Below, piece by piece: positions 45,885 to 55,395 of a DNA stretch of 64,000 nt. The stretch covers positions 52,766-116,765 of the forward strand of contig CACNYD010000001.1 of NCBI GenBank assembly GCA_902624635.1, in the 5' to 3' direction. Numbering within the stretch: the stretch's first letter is position 1; the number at the start of each line of letters is the position of its first letter. The notes under the pieces were generated by a model. That model was given only the letters and a program-made list of their open reading frames with translations, made no database searches and was not told the origin of the DNA. The position numbers were made by a program, and so were the translations under genes. Origin of the DNA: an uncultured Pelagibacteraceae bacterium (GTDB taxonomy: Bacteria > Pseudomonadota > Alphaproteobacteria > Pelagibacterales > Pelagibacteraceae).

Positions 45885-46823
45885 ATGCAAAATCTTAAAA
45901 AATTAAAAGGAGACGCATCACATAGAAAGTTTTTTAGAAAGAAGTATAATGGTGTAAATTCCATTATAATTCTAGCAGAAAAAGACAAATTTAAAAATCT
46001 TCTTGTGTACGATGCAATCAGTAAGATTTTGAATAAAAACAAAATTCTAGCACCAAAACTATATCAAGAGAATTATAGAAATAACAATATTCAAGTTGAG
46101 GATTTTGGAAATGAGACAATTTTCAAAATTTTAAAAAAAAGTAAAAAAAATAAGTTTTTATATTTTAAAGATATAATAAAATTACTTAATCAAATACAAT
46201 CAATAAAAGATAAAAAAATTAGAAATTTTAAAAATAAATATTATCGAATACCTGAGTATAAAAATAAGTTATTAATGCAAGAAGCTAATCTATTTTGTGA
46301 GTGGTATGCAAAAAAAAATTTGTCAAAAAATAAAAGACAAAACTTTAATAAAAAGTTTAAAAAGATAATTAAAAATTTAGCATCACGCCTTAAGATGAAA
46401 AATGATACATTTGTCCATAGAGATTTTCATATTTCAAATTTAATGCTTATTAGAAACAAAATAGGTGTAATTGACAGTCAGGATGCCCTGATAGGAAATA
46501 GAACTTATGATTTAGCATCTTTAGTAGATGATGTAAGATTAAAAACCTCAAAAATTCTTAAAAAAAAGATTTTTAACTACTATATTAATAGTCAAAAAAA
46601 GATCGATAAGAAAAAAATAAAGAACGATTTTGAAATTTTATCTATTTTAAGAAATCTTAAAATAATTGGAATATTTACACGTCTAGCAATTCGAGATAAA
46701 AAAAAGAATTATTTAAAATTAATACCCTACGCATGGGATTTGATTTCTTTAAGGATCAATCAAAATGAAATTTTCTTAGATTTAAAAAAATTACTAAAAG
46801 CTAATTTCAAAAAAGATTTATGA
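45885..46823 (+). CDS. amgK: AmgK-like anomeric MurNAc/GlcNAc kinase (APH fold)
   Basis: GDASHRKFFR, EDFG, HRDFHISNLM, IDSQDA, YDLASL, LKIIGIFTRL.IRD.K..Y; sits between tsaE and a nucleotidyltransferase. Confidence 0.8.
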   Translation: MQNLKKLKGDASHRKFFRKKYNGVNSIIILAEKDKFKNLLVYDAISKILNKNKILAPKLYQENYRNNNIQVEDFGNETIFKILKKSKKNKFLYFKDIIKLLNQIQSIKDKKIRNFKNKYYRIPEYKNKLLMQEANLFCEWYAKKNLSKNKRQNFNKKFKKIIKNLASRLKMKNDTFVHRDFHISNLMLIRNKIGVIDSQDALIGNRTYDLASLVDDVRLKTSKILKKKIFNYYINSQKKIDKKKIKNDFEILSILRNLKIIGIFTRLAIRDKKKNYLKLIPYAWDLISLRINQNEIFLDLKKLLKANFKKDL

Positions 46824-47509
46824 AAATTAATACTGCTTTAATTCTCTGTGCTGGATTTGGTAAAAGATTAAATCCTTTAACACTTAAAAAACCCAAGCCG
46901 TTACTTCAAATAAAAAATCAAACAATCTTAGAGGATTGCATTAATACTGTCATAAAATTAAAAGTAGAAAATATTTTTTTAAACACTTTTTATTTAAGTG
47001 AACAAATTATTGATTTTTTTAAGAATAAAAATTTTTCAGCAAAAATAAATATTATAGAGGATGGTAAAAATATTTTAGACACAGGTGGAGCAGTTTTAAA
47101 TATGATCAATCACTCAGATAGTAAAGATTTTTTTGTTTTTAATCCTGACACTATTTGGAATGAAAATTATGTGAATGAAATTAATAGTATGCAAAAATAT
47201 TATTTTCAAAATAAATTAAATAATATTCTCCTATTAGTTAATAAAAAACTAAGCTTTGATAATAATATTGAGGGCGATTTTGAATTAGAAAATAATATAA
47301 TTAAACAAAGTTTTGAAAAGAACTTTATATATACTGGTTGTCAAATTTTGAATAAAAACCTATTTGATGAATATGAAGTAGAAAACTTTTCAGTAGCTAA
47401 AATTTGGAACAAATTATTAATAAAACGACAATTAAATGGATTTGAGAGCACCGAAAAATTTTACCACTTAACAAATTTAGAAATTTTTAAAAAACTAAAA
47501 GGTTCTTAG
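46820..47509 (+). CDS. murU: MurU-like nucleotidyltransferase
   Basis: LCAGFGKRLNPLT...PKPLL, LDTGG, NPD, YTG; follows amgK. Confidence 0.78.
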   Translation: MKINTALILCAGFGKRLNPLTLKKPKPLLQIKNQTILEDCINTVIKLKVENIFLNTFYLSEQIIDFFKNKNFSAKINIIEDGKNILDTGGAVLNMINHSDSKDFFVFNPDTIWNENYVNEINSMQKYYFQNKLNNILLLVNKKLSFDNNIEGDFELENNIIKQSFEKNFIYTGCQILNKNLFDEYEVENFSVAKIWNKLLIKRQLNGFESTEKFYHLTNLEIFKKLKGS

Positions 47510-48200
47510 ATCTCTCTTTATCCAAATATTTACATTCATTTATTTTCAAATTGTCATCAAGTTTAATTATTAATGGATTTCCTGTTGGGATCTCTAGACT
47601 AGTAATTTGATTGTTATCTAAATTAAATAAATATTTGCATAAAGACCTTATAGAATTTCCATGAGCTGAAATTAATATATTTTTATCAATGAGTTTAGGT
47701 TGTATCTCTTTTTTGAAATACTCCAAAACTCTGTTGTATGTATCTTTTAAAGACTCTGTATCGGGAATAAACTCTTTAGGAATTTTCTGATATGTTTCAA
47801 TATTTAGAGGGTGATAAGAGCTTTCTCTACTTAGTTTTCCAGGCTTAACATCCCAAGATCTTCGAAACTCGAAAACTTTATCTTTTCCAATTTTTTTTGC
47901 TGTCTCAATTTTATTCAACCCTGTAAGTTCACCATAATGTCTTTCATTGAGTTGCCATGCTCTTATAAAATCTTTCTTTGAGCCTAAAATTTTTTGTATT
48001 ATCTTAAGAGTATTGTTCGCTCTCAATTGAAATGAAGAATAAAGAAAATCTATATTTATATTTTGATTTTTGATGAGTAAACCAGCTTTCTCAGCCTCTA
48101 TTTTACCTTGAGCTGCTAGATCAACATCAACCCAACCGGTGAATCTGTTTTCAAGATTCCATATACTCTGACCATGTCTTACTAATATCAAAAAACTCAT
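47487..48200 (-). CDS. gpmA: 2,3-BPG-dependent phosphoglycerate mutase
   Basis: RHGQSIWN, RFTGWVD, LNERHYG, ESLKDT, AHGNS.R, IPTG. Confidence 0.95.
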   Translation of the reverse strand: MSFLILVRHGQSIWNLENRFTGWVDVDLAAQGKIEAEKAGLLIKNQNINIDFLYSSFQLRANNTLKIIQKILGSKKDFIRAWQLNERHYGELTGLNKIETAKKIGKDKVFEFRRSWDVKPGKLSRESSYHPLNIETYQKIPKEFIPDTESLKDTYNRVLEYFKKEIQPKLIDKNILISAHGNSIRSLCKYLFNLDNNQITSLEIPTGNPLIIKLDDNLKINECKYLDKERSKNLLVF

Positions 48201-48244
48201 CTTGTCATACTCAAAAATTATTTATAAAAAAATCATTTAACTAA

Positions 48245-48640
48245 ATGTCAAAATTTTTTTCTAGATATAAAATAATATTTTATTTTAATAATATCCTTTT
48301 AATTATTTTATATCTATACCCTGGAAGTCTATTAGGCTTGATAATTTATGACAATAAAAGTATACAACCTCAAATAACACCTGATTTTGTTATATCATCA
48401 AATCACTTTTATATATTTGTGTTAATTTCAATCATTGGTTTTTTAACATTTGTTAATTCTAAGAAAAATATTTTATTAATATTATATTTGATTTTTCTGT
48501 CTGTAACGCTTGAAATTTTTCACCTAGTTATACCTGAAAGAAGTTTTCAATGGCCTGATTTATTTGGAAATTTATTAGGTGTTATTGTTGTAATTCTCCT
48601 TAATAATTTTATAAATAAATATGGGAAATTTAAAAAATAA
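48245..48640 (+). CDS. VanZ-like membrane protein
   Basis: Four hydrophobic segments; H...F, E..H..IPERSF...DL..N..G pattern. Confidence 0.6.
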   Translation: MSKFFSRYKIIFYFNNILLIILYLYPGSLLGLIIYDNKSIQPQITPDFVISSNHFYIFVLISIIGFLTFVNSKKNILLILYLIFLSVTLEIFHLVIPERSFQWPDLFGNLLGVIVVILLNNFINKYGKFKK

Positions 48641-49220
48641 ATTATTAATTCTTATTTATTTTTTTACAATCGGCTGCTCATCAATTCCTTCAAACACTTC
48701 TAATAGTTGTTCAATTTTTAGTGAAAGATATTTATGGTATAAACATGCAAAAAAGGTTGAGCAAAAATGGGGTACACCTATTTATATTCAATTAGCAATA
48801 ATTAAAATGGAGTCGGATTTCGATTGGCTTGCTAAACCAGCGAGACAAAAAATTTTTAAAGTTATCCCTTATAAGCGACCTTCTAGCTCTTTTGGTTATT
48901 CTCAAGCAGTTAAAGGGACTTGGGAACAATATAAGAGAGAAACTGGTAATAAATTAGCCTCAAGGGCAAGATTTAAAGACAGTGTTGACTTTATTGGATG
49001 GTACACAAATAAATCAGAAAATATTTTAAAGATACCAAAGACAAATGCTTTCAAACAATATCTTGCATACCATGAAGGTTGGGGAAATTATAAAAACTAT
49101 AAAAAAAACAAAAAAGTAATTGGGCTGGCTAAAAAAGTTGAGAAACAATCTAATAATTATAAAAAACAATTAATTAAATGTGAACGCTTATTAAATAGAA
49201 AAAAATATATTATTTTTTAG
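48621..49220 (+). CDS. Lipoprotein with lytic-transglycosylase (SLT-like) fold
   Basis: Lipobox-like TIGC; AII..ES.F, GYSQA...TW, AYHEG motifs. Confidence 0.72.
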   Translation: MGNLKNKLLILIYFFTIGCSSIPSNTSNSCSIFSERYLWYKHAKKVEQKWGTPIYIQLAIIKMESDFDWLAKPARQKIFKVIPYKRPSSSFGYSQAVKGTWEQYKRETGNKLASRARFKDSVDFIGWYTNKSENILKIPKTNAFKQYLAYHEGWGNYKNYKKNKKVIGLAKKVEKQSNNYKKQLIKCERLLNRKKYIIF

Positions 49221-52200
49221 ATAACTCTTTTTTAAGTTCTAGATCTACTATATCAATTCTTTTTGTATTTTTTGTTAATGCCAAATACATTGAAGGAGTG
49301 ACATATAAAGTGAAGAAAGTTGAAATGATCATTCCTCCTAGAATTGTAGAGCCAACTGCTAGTCTTGAGCCTTCTCCAGCACCTGGACCAATATTTCCTA
49401 TTACAAGAGGCATCATAGCAATCATTGTACTTAGTGATGTCATTATAATTGGTCTGAACCTCACAGAGCACGCTTCTTTAACAGCTAATTCAATAGATTT
49501 TCCTTTAGCTCTAATTTGATTTGCGTAATCCACAATTAAGATACTATTTTTGGTAGAGATACCTATTAGTATTATTAGTGCAATTTGAGAAAAAATATTT
49601 ACTGAGCTATTGAGGAATAAGATGAATACTAATCCACCAAAAATAGCCAAAGGTACAGTTAAGATAATTACGAATGGATGAATAAAAGAGTTAAATGTTG
49701 CTGCCATGACTAAATAAGCAGTAAGTAGAGCTAAGGCAAAAATTATAAATAATTCATTACTTGTTTCTTTAATCTCCTCAGATTTTCCTTTCCAAGTAAT
49801 TTGGTTTTGTGGTGCTAAATCACTCATCACATTTTCAAAATATTTAATCGCTTCTGATAAAGTATAACCCTCATTAATATTTGCAGAAATTGTAATTGCT
49901 CGTTGTCTATTGTATCTTGCAAGCTCCTTTGCTGATCCCTCCTCTTTAAAACTAACAAGATTTGCTAAAGATATTAATTTTCCATTCGTTTCAGAACGAA
50001 CAAATATTTTTGAAACACCTTCTTTGTTTCTTCTATCAGATAAATACTGTTGAACTATTATAGGATATTCTTTACCTAGCTTATTAAAAGTTGTTATTTT
50101 TTTTCCTCCATATAGAGTTTCGAGTGTCTCACCAATTGATTTAGTTGATATACCCAAATCTTTAGCTTTATTTTTATTTATTATTAATTTTACTTCTGGT
50201 TTATTTCGATTGTAATCAGACTCAATTCTTGAAAGATTTTTATTCGACCTTAATTTTTGTATTACTTTTTTTTGTATTTCTTCAAGCTCCTTATAAGTAT
50301 TTCCGTAAATGACCATTTGGACAGGTTTGTTGTAATTTGATACTCTAATAGACTGTGGAGATATAGGAAAAGCTAAGGCTTGAGGTAGTGTAACAATTTT
50401 ACCGATCGCCTCTCTTAGAACAACTTGTTGACCCTTTTTTCGATTTTTCCAATCGTCAAGTAAGGCAATTATTATAAAACTATTATATGAGTTGGCTGAA
50501 TTTCCAAATCCTGGAACACGCATTATAAATCTTGAATAGGGACTATCTTCAGCTTGCAATAAAGGAATAAGTTTTGCTTCTACTTTTTGAGCTTGTTTTT
50601 GAGTATATTCAAAAGAACTTCCCTCGTCTGTTGAACCAATTATTAGATATGCTCCACGGTCTTCCATGGGTAAAAGTTCTTTTTTTGAAAAACTAAATAA
50701 AAGTGCTGAGGCAATGATTATAAATACAATGAAAAAACTTACACTCTTAGTTTTGTTCATTACAAAACTAAGAGTTTCCTCATAAAACATAGCAAAGTTA
50801 GAGAAAACTTTTTCAAATTTTTGTATAAGAACTCCTTTTGATTTTTTTTTGTATAAAAATTTACTCGCAAGCATTGGTGACAACGTTAATGCCACAAAAG
50901 ATGAAACCACAATTGAAAAAGATAATGCAATCGCGGTTTCTCTAAATAGTGTTCCAGAAATTCCATCAATAAAAATTAATGGTAAGAAAACTGCCACTAA
51001 AATTAGCGTAGTAGCAATAATAGCAAAAGAAATTTGTTTAGACCCTTTATACGCAGCAACAAGTGGTGTTTCCCCATTTTCTATTCTTCTATATATTGCA
51101 TCCGTCATGATAACAGAATCATCTGTGATTATGCCAATTGCTAAAATAAAACTTAAAAGCACAAAAATATTAATCGATAGGCTGAATATATATAAGCCTA
51201 GAAAAGATGCTATTAAACTGACAGGAAGTGCTATAGCAGGCACAATAACTGCCTTTAAATTCCCTAAAAATAGATAAATTATCAATACTACTAAAATGAA
51301 TGCAATTATCAAAGTTTTGTAAACTTCTTCGATAGCTGCCTCAACATAGTTAGCCCTATTAAAAGAAACTCGCAAATCCAATTCTTTTGGTAAAGATTTT
51401 TTTACTTCAACAATTTTTTTTTTGATATCTTTTGCAAGTTCGACTGTTGAAGCACCGCTTCTTGCATAGATACCGATCCCCACAGTTTTTAAATTAATTT
51501 GATCTTTAGTTTGTGCTTTGAAGAGAGTTTTTTCTGAAACGGGGCCGAATTCAATATTTGCTACATCAGATAATAAAATTACACGATTACTAGTTTTTTT
51601 GATAGGTATTTGCTTTATAGTATCAATATCATTGTATGATTTATCGAGATTGAGTGTTAAATCAATATTATCTGCTTCTAACGTACCCGCAGGCAAACTT
51701 ATATTTTCACCACGAATAGCAACCTCAACTTCTTTTATTGTCAAATCATTAGCTGCAAGTTTGATAGGATCAATCCAAACTCTAATACTTAATTCTCTTA
51801 ATCCACCTACTCTAATCCTTCCCACATTTTTTACGCTTGAAAATTGGTCTACAAGATATCTTTCTGCAAAGTCTCCTAATTCAAGATCGCTCCAAGAGGA
51901 TGAGGATAAAGAGAGCCACATAGTTGTTGTAAAACCTGCAGCTCTTTTAAGTATTTGAGGTGGATCAGATTCACTTGGTAAGTTATCTACAACTCTTGCA
52001 ACTCTTTCTCTAATGTCATTTGCTGCATTATCTAAATCAATACTTGTATCAAACTCAACATTAATTGTGCTTCTTCCATTTTCAGATTTTGAGTCTATAT
52101 TTTTTATACCTTCGGCTCCACCAATAACATCCTCAACAACTTGAGTAACTTCTTGATCTACTATTGAAGCTGCCGCAGACTTGTAGTCCACTTGAACTTG

Positions 52201-52338
52201 AACAGCAGGCGGTTGAATTCCGTTGGGCAATTCTCTTACAGGCAATTTCCAAAAAACAAATAGACCAAATATGATTAATATCAAGGACATCACCCAAGAT
52301 ACAGTTGGTCTTTTAATACTTAATTCAGTAATAAACAT
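49210..52338 (-). CDS. RND efflux permease (AcrB/HAE1 family)
   Basis: 1042 aa; SIKRP, LPVRELP, proton-relay residues ITDDS, TKNSIL, RFRPIIMTS. Confidence 0.95.
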   Translation of the reverse strand: MFITELSIKRPTVSWVMSLILIIFGLFVFWKLPVRELPNGIQPPAVQVQVDYKSAAASIVDQEVTQVVEDVIGGAEGIKNIDSKSENGRSTINVEFDTSIDLDNAANDIRERVARVVDNLPSESDPPQILKRAAGFTTTMWLSLSSSSWSDLELGDFAERYLVDQFSSVKNVGRIRVGGLRELSIRVWIDPIKLAANDLTIKEVEVAIRGENISLPAGTLEADNIDLTLNLDKSYNDIDTIKQIPIKKTSNRVILLSDVANIEFGPVSEKTLFKAQTKDQINLKTVGIGIYARSGASTVELAKDIKKKIVEVKKSLPKELDLRVSFNRANYVEAAIEEVYKTLIIAFILVVLIIYLFLGNLKAVIVPAIALPVSLIASFLGLYIFSLSINIFVLLSFILAIGIITDDSVIMTDAIYRRIENGETPLVAAYKGSKQISFAIIATTLILVAVFLPLIFIDGISGTLFRETAIALSFSIVVSSFVALTLSPMLASKFLYKKKSKGVLIQKFEKVFSNFAMFYEETLSFVMNKTKSVSFFIVFIIIASALLFSFSKKELLPMEDRGAYLIIGSTDEGSSFEYTQKQAQKVEAKLIPLLQAEDSPYSRFIMRVPGFGNSANSYNSFIIIALLDDWKNRKKGQQVVLREAIGKIVTLPQALAFPISPQSIRVSNYNKPVQMVIYGNTYKELEEIQKKVIQKLRSNKNLSRIESDYNRNKPEVKLIINKNKAKDLGISTKSIGETLETLYGGKKITTFNKLGKEYPIIVQQYLSDRRNKEGVSKIFVRSETNGKLISLANLVSFKEEGSAKELARYNRQRAITISANINEGYTLSEAIKYFENVMSDLAPQNQITWKGKSEEIKETSNELFIIFALALLTAYLVMAATFNSFIHPFVIILTVPLAIFGGLVFILFLNSSVNIFSQIALIILIGISTKNSILIVDYANQIRAKGKSIELAVKEACSVRFRPIIMTSLSTMIAMMPLVIGNIGPGAGEGSRLAVGSTILGGMIISTFFTLYVTPSMYLALTKNTKRIDIVDLELKKELSKK

Positions 52339-53207
52339 TATTTAGTTATAGGTTTTATTTTTCCTCGAGGTCTTACCTTTTTCAAACCTTCAGCTACAAT
52401 AATATCACCCGCAGTCAAACCCGAAATTATTTCAATTTTGCTATCATCTCTTAGGCCAGTTTTTACCTCAGTTTTATTTGCAATATTTTCTGCATTAATT
52501 TTATAAACATATGATTTATCACCTTCTATCATCACACTCGTATCAGGTACACTTAAAGAACTTCTCAAATTAAATTTAACTCTTACCTCCAAAAGTGAAC
52601 CTGAAATTAATTCTAAATTTTTGTTTTTCACTTTTATTCTTGATAATAAACTTCGTGTGTCGGCATTTATCCTACTCGAAACGAAATCTACTTCACCTAA
52701 AAAAGTTTTATCTTTAAAACTAGATAATGTAACTTCGACTGGAAGACCTTTTTTTATAAATGTAGAGTAACTTTCTGGAATTTTAATATCTGAGTAAATT
52801 GTTGAGTTATCATCAAGTGTAATGATGAAAATATTATTTGAAACAAGAATATCTTCAGTTAAACCTGTGTAGCCAAGAACTCCACTAAATGGTGCCAATA
52901 TATCCCCACTTTTTAATTTAATTAAAACATCTCCTTTTTTAACAAAATTCTTAAGTTTTAAATCTTGAATAAGATCATCTTTTTTAATCTTAAAAGTTTT
53001 TGATTTTTTGGAAATTGCCGTACCGTAAGTTTCTATTTGTTCAGAGAAATCTTTTTCAATAACTTCAGTTACAATTATTCCTGGAGGTGGTATCTTGCTA
53101 AATTTCTTTTTAAAATGATTACTAATCATTGATCTTCCAATAATTACAATTGTAATTATTAAAAAAAATACGAATATTATTGAAATAGTTTTTGTAGATC
53201 TTTTCAT
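52338..53207 (-). CDS. RND periplasmic adaptor (MFP) lacking the alpha-helical hairpin
   Basis: N-terminal TM; VKKGDVLIKL joined to ILAPFSG by 4 residues; I...TR, SVP..SV, GL.AGD.IV.EG; 289 aa. Confidence 0.88.
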   Translation of the reverse strand: MKRSTKTISIIFVFFLIITIVIIGRSMISNHFKKKFSKIPPPGIIVTEVIEKDFSEQIETYGTAISKKSKTFKIKKDDLIQDLKLKNFVKKGDVLIKLKSGDILAPFSGVLGYTGLTEDILVSNNIFIITLDDNSTIYSDIKIPESYSTFIKKGLPVEVTLSSFKDKTFLGEVDFVSSRINADTRSLLSRIKVKNKNLELISGSLLEVRVKFNLRSSLSVPDTSVMIEGDKSYVYKINAENIANKTEVKTGLRDDSKIEIISGLTAGDIIVAEGLKKVRPRGKIKPITK

Positions 53208-53214
53208 TTTTAAT

Positions 53215-54030
53215 TTAAATTAATCCATATTCAGCCCAAGAGCCATCATATATACAAGGGAGATATTTATCATTAATCAAAGAATAAGCTAGTGCCAAAA
53301 CACAAGCTGTAACACCAGATCCACATGAAAAAACAATATTTTCTTGTTCTAAATTTTCTAAACTTGTCCTAAAAATTTTTTTAAGTTCATCTTTATTTTT
53401 AAAAGTTTTATCGTCATTTAGACAATTGTTAAATGGTATACAAAAAGAGTTTTTAATTGATCCACTTCTAAGACCCTTTCTAGGCTCGGGGATTTTACCT
53501 TCAAATCTTTCTCTACTTCGGGCATCAATTAACGTAAATATTTTTTCTTCTATATTTTGATCAATTGTTTTTTTACTTTTAACAAGATCTTTTCTCTCGG
53601 TGCTTTTGTAGTCTGATATGTTTATATTAGAAATTACGTCAGTAACTTTCTTTTTTTCTTTAAGCCATTTTCTAAAACCACCGTTTAAAACATTTATCAA
53701 TTTTGGGTCATGTCCGTAATAAATAAAATTAAACCAGCCGCGGCATGAGCTTAAAACATCAGAATTATCATAAATGACTATTTGATCATTTTTTTGAATT
53801 CCCATGTTTGAAACAATTGTATTCCAACTTATTTGATCAACTAGCATGTGTGGTAAAGAAGTATCTTTTCTTGAATTTTCATCTATATCAAAAAAAATTG
53901 AATTTGGTATATGGAGTGATTTGTATTCCTCATATCCATTTCTTTTCGTTTGTGGCATATGCCAAGAACAGTCAACAATTTTAACTTTGGAAAGATTTTT
54001 TTCTAACCAATCAGTTTCGACTAAAGACAT
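53215..54030 (-). CDS. sseA: 3-mercaptopyruvate sulfurtransferase (tandem rhodanese)
   Basis: HIPNS, LPHML, LNGG, DARS..RF.G..PEPR, CGSGVTA, YDGSW.E. Confidence 0.9.
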   Translation of the reverse strand: MSLVETDWLEKNLSKVKIVDCSWHMPQTKRNGYEEYKSLHIPNSIFFDIDENSRKDTSLPHMLVDQISWNTIVSNMGIQKNDQIVIYDNSDVLSSCRGWFNFIYYGHDPKLINVLNGGFRKWLKEKKKVTDVISNINISDYKSTERKDLVKSKKTIDQNIEEKIFTLIDARSRERFEGKIPEPRKGLRSGSIKNSFCIPFNNCLNDDKTFKNKDELKKIFRTSLENLEQENIVFSCGSGVTACVLALAYSLINDKYLPCIYDGSWAEYGLI

Positions 54031-54031
54031 G

Positions 54032-54475
54032 TTATCGTTTTTCCAGGTATTTTTGATGATACTCTTCAGCTGGACAGTAATTTTTAAGTAATGATATTTT
54101 TGTTACAACTTTCCCAGATAAACGTTCGTTCACCTCATTTAATACTTTCTCAGCAATCACTTTTTGATTATCATTTAGATAAAATATTTCACTCCTATAT
54201 TGAGTTCCAAAATCTGGTCCTTGAGAATTTAAAGTAGTAGGATTGTGAATTTGAAAAAAAATTTTTAAAATTTTTTCGTAAGTTATGATTTTTTCATCAT
54301 AATCTAGTTTTACTACCTCAGCATGATTTGTATTACCGGTGCAAACTTCTTTATATGTTGTGACTGAGCTATTACCTCCGCAATAACCAACTTCTGTTTT
54401 AATTATACCATCTATTTTACTAAATTTGATTTCTGGTCCCCAAAAACATCCAAGTGCTAAAACAGCTATTTCCAT
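54032..54475 (-). CDS. msrA: Peptide-methionine (S)-S-oxide reductase, minimal form
   Basis: GCFWG, GYCGG, HAEVV, QGPDFGTQYRS, AEEYHQKY. Confidence 0.95.
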   Translation of the reverse strand: MEIAVLALGCFWGPEIKFSKIDGIIKTEVGYCGGNSSVTTYKEVCTGNTNHAEVVKLDYDEKIITYEKILKIFFQIHNPTTLNSQGPDFGTQYRSEIFYLNDNQKVIAEKVLNEVNERLSGKVVTKISLLKNYCPAEEYHQKYLEKR

Positions 54476-54510
54476 TGATTAAGATTTAATTTAATCTACA
54501 AATTATTCAT

Positions 54511-55395
54511 ATGCTAAGTAAAAATCAATTAGGATTTTTGTACATGTTTATGTCCATTTGTGCATTTTCATTAATGGATTTAATTGTAAAGTGGTCAGTT
54601 GATTATCCTATTGGCCAGGTTTTGTTTTTTAGAGGTTTTTTTGGAATAATCTTTTATTTTTTTGTAATTCCAAAAGAAAGATTTCATAATTTTTATAAAA
54701 CTCAACGACCAGGATTACATGCCTTAAGGTGTGGCTCGGGATTAATAGCGTTAATTGCAATATTTATTGCTTTAAGACAGTTGCCATTAGCAACAGTTGT
54801 TAGTATATCTTTTGCTGCTCCAATATTTACAACAATATTATCTATTTTTTTATTAAATGAAAAAGTTGGAATTTTTAGATGGTTAGCTGTAATCATAGGC
54901 TTTATTGGAATTCTTATAATTACAGAGCCTGGAATTACTGAATTAAATATATATTATATTTTTCCAATTATTTTTTGTTTAGGTCTGTCTTATGTAGCAA
55001 TAACAATAAGACAACTGTCAACAACAGAACCAGTATGGTTAATTTCTTTTTATTTTTCCTTAGCTATTACACTATTAAGTTTTTTATCAATTCCACAAGG
55101 ATGGATTATGCCTACTTTAAATCATTTTATACTTTTATGTTTGATAGGTATTTTTGGGGGCGTTGCAAACTTGTGGTTAAGTCAATCATATAAATTTTCA
55201 GAGGTTTCATTAGTAACTCCTCTCAAATATTTGGCTTTAGTTTTTGCTATTATATTTGGATATTTCATTTGGGATGAGATACCCACGTTTAAAACGTTAA
55301 TAGGGGCTTTATTAGTTATTGTTTCAACACTTATAATTTTTAGAAGGGAAATTTATAAGAAAAAAATTATAACTTCTAGGCCAATGAATGACTAA
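54511..55395 (+). CDS. DMT/EamA 10-TM transporter
   Basis: Duplicated EamA halves; LPLA...ISFAAPIF, LNEKVG..RW, GFIGILII..PG. Confidence 0.88.
   Translation: MLSKNQLGFLYMFMSICAFSLMDLIVKWSVDYPIGQVLFFRGFFGIIFYFFVIPKERFHNFYKTQRPGLHALRCGSGLIALIAIFIALRQLPLATVVSISFAAPIFTTILSIFLLNEKVGIFRWLAVIIGFIGILIITEPGITELNIYYIFPIIFCLGLSYVAITIRQLSTTEPVWLISFYFSLAITLLSFLSIPQGWIMPTLNHFILLCLIGIFGGVANLWLSQSYKFSEVSLVTPLKYLALVFAIIFGYFIWDEIPTFKTLIGALLVIVSTLIIFRREIYKKKIITSRPMND

Noticed and set aside
45885-46823. APH-fold kinase (and VanZ-like gene at 48245) as antibiotic-resistance genes
   Set aside because: The tsaE-kinase-nucleotidyltransferase context identifies AmgK; VanZ-like proteins are widespread without van clusters.
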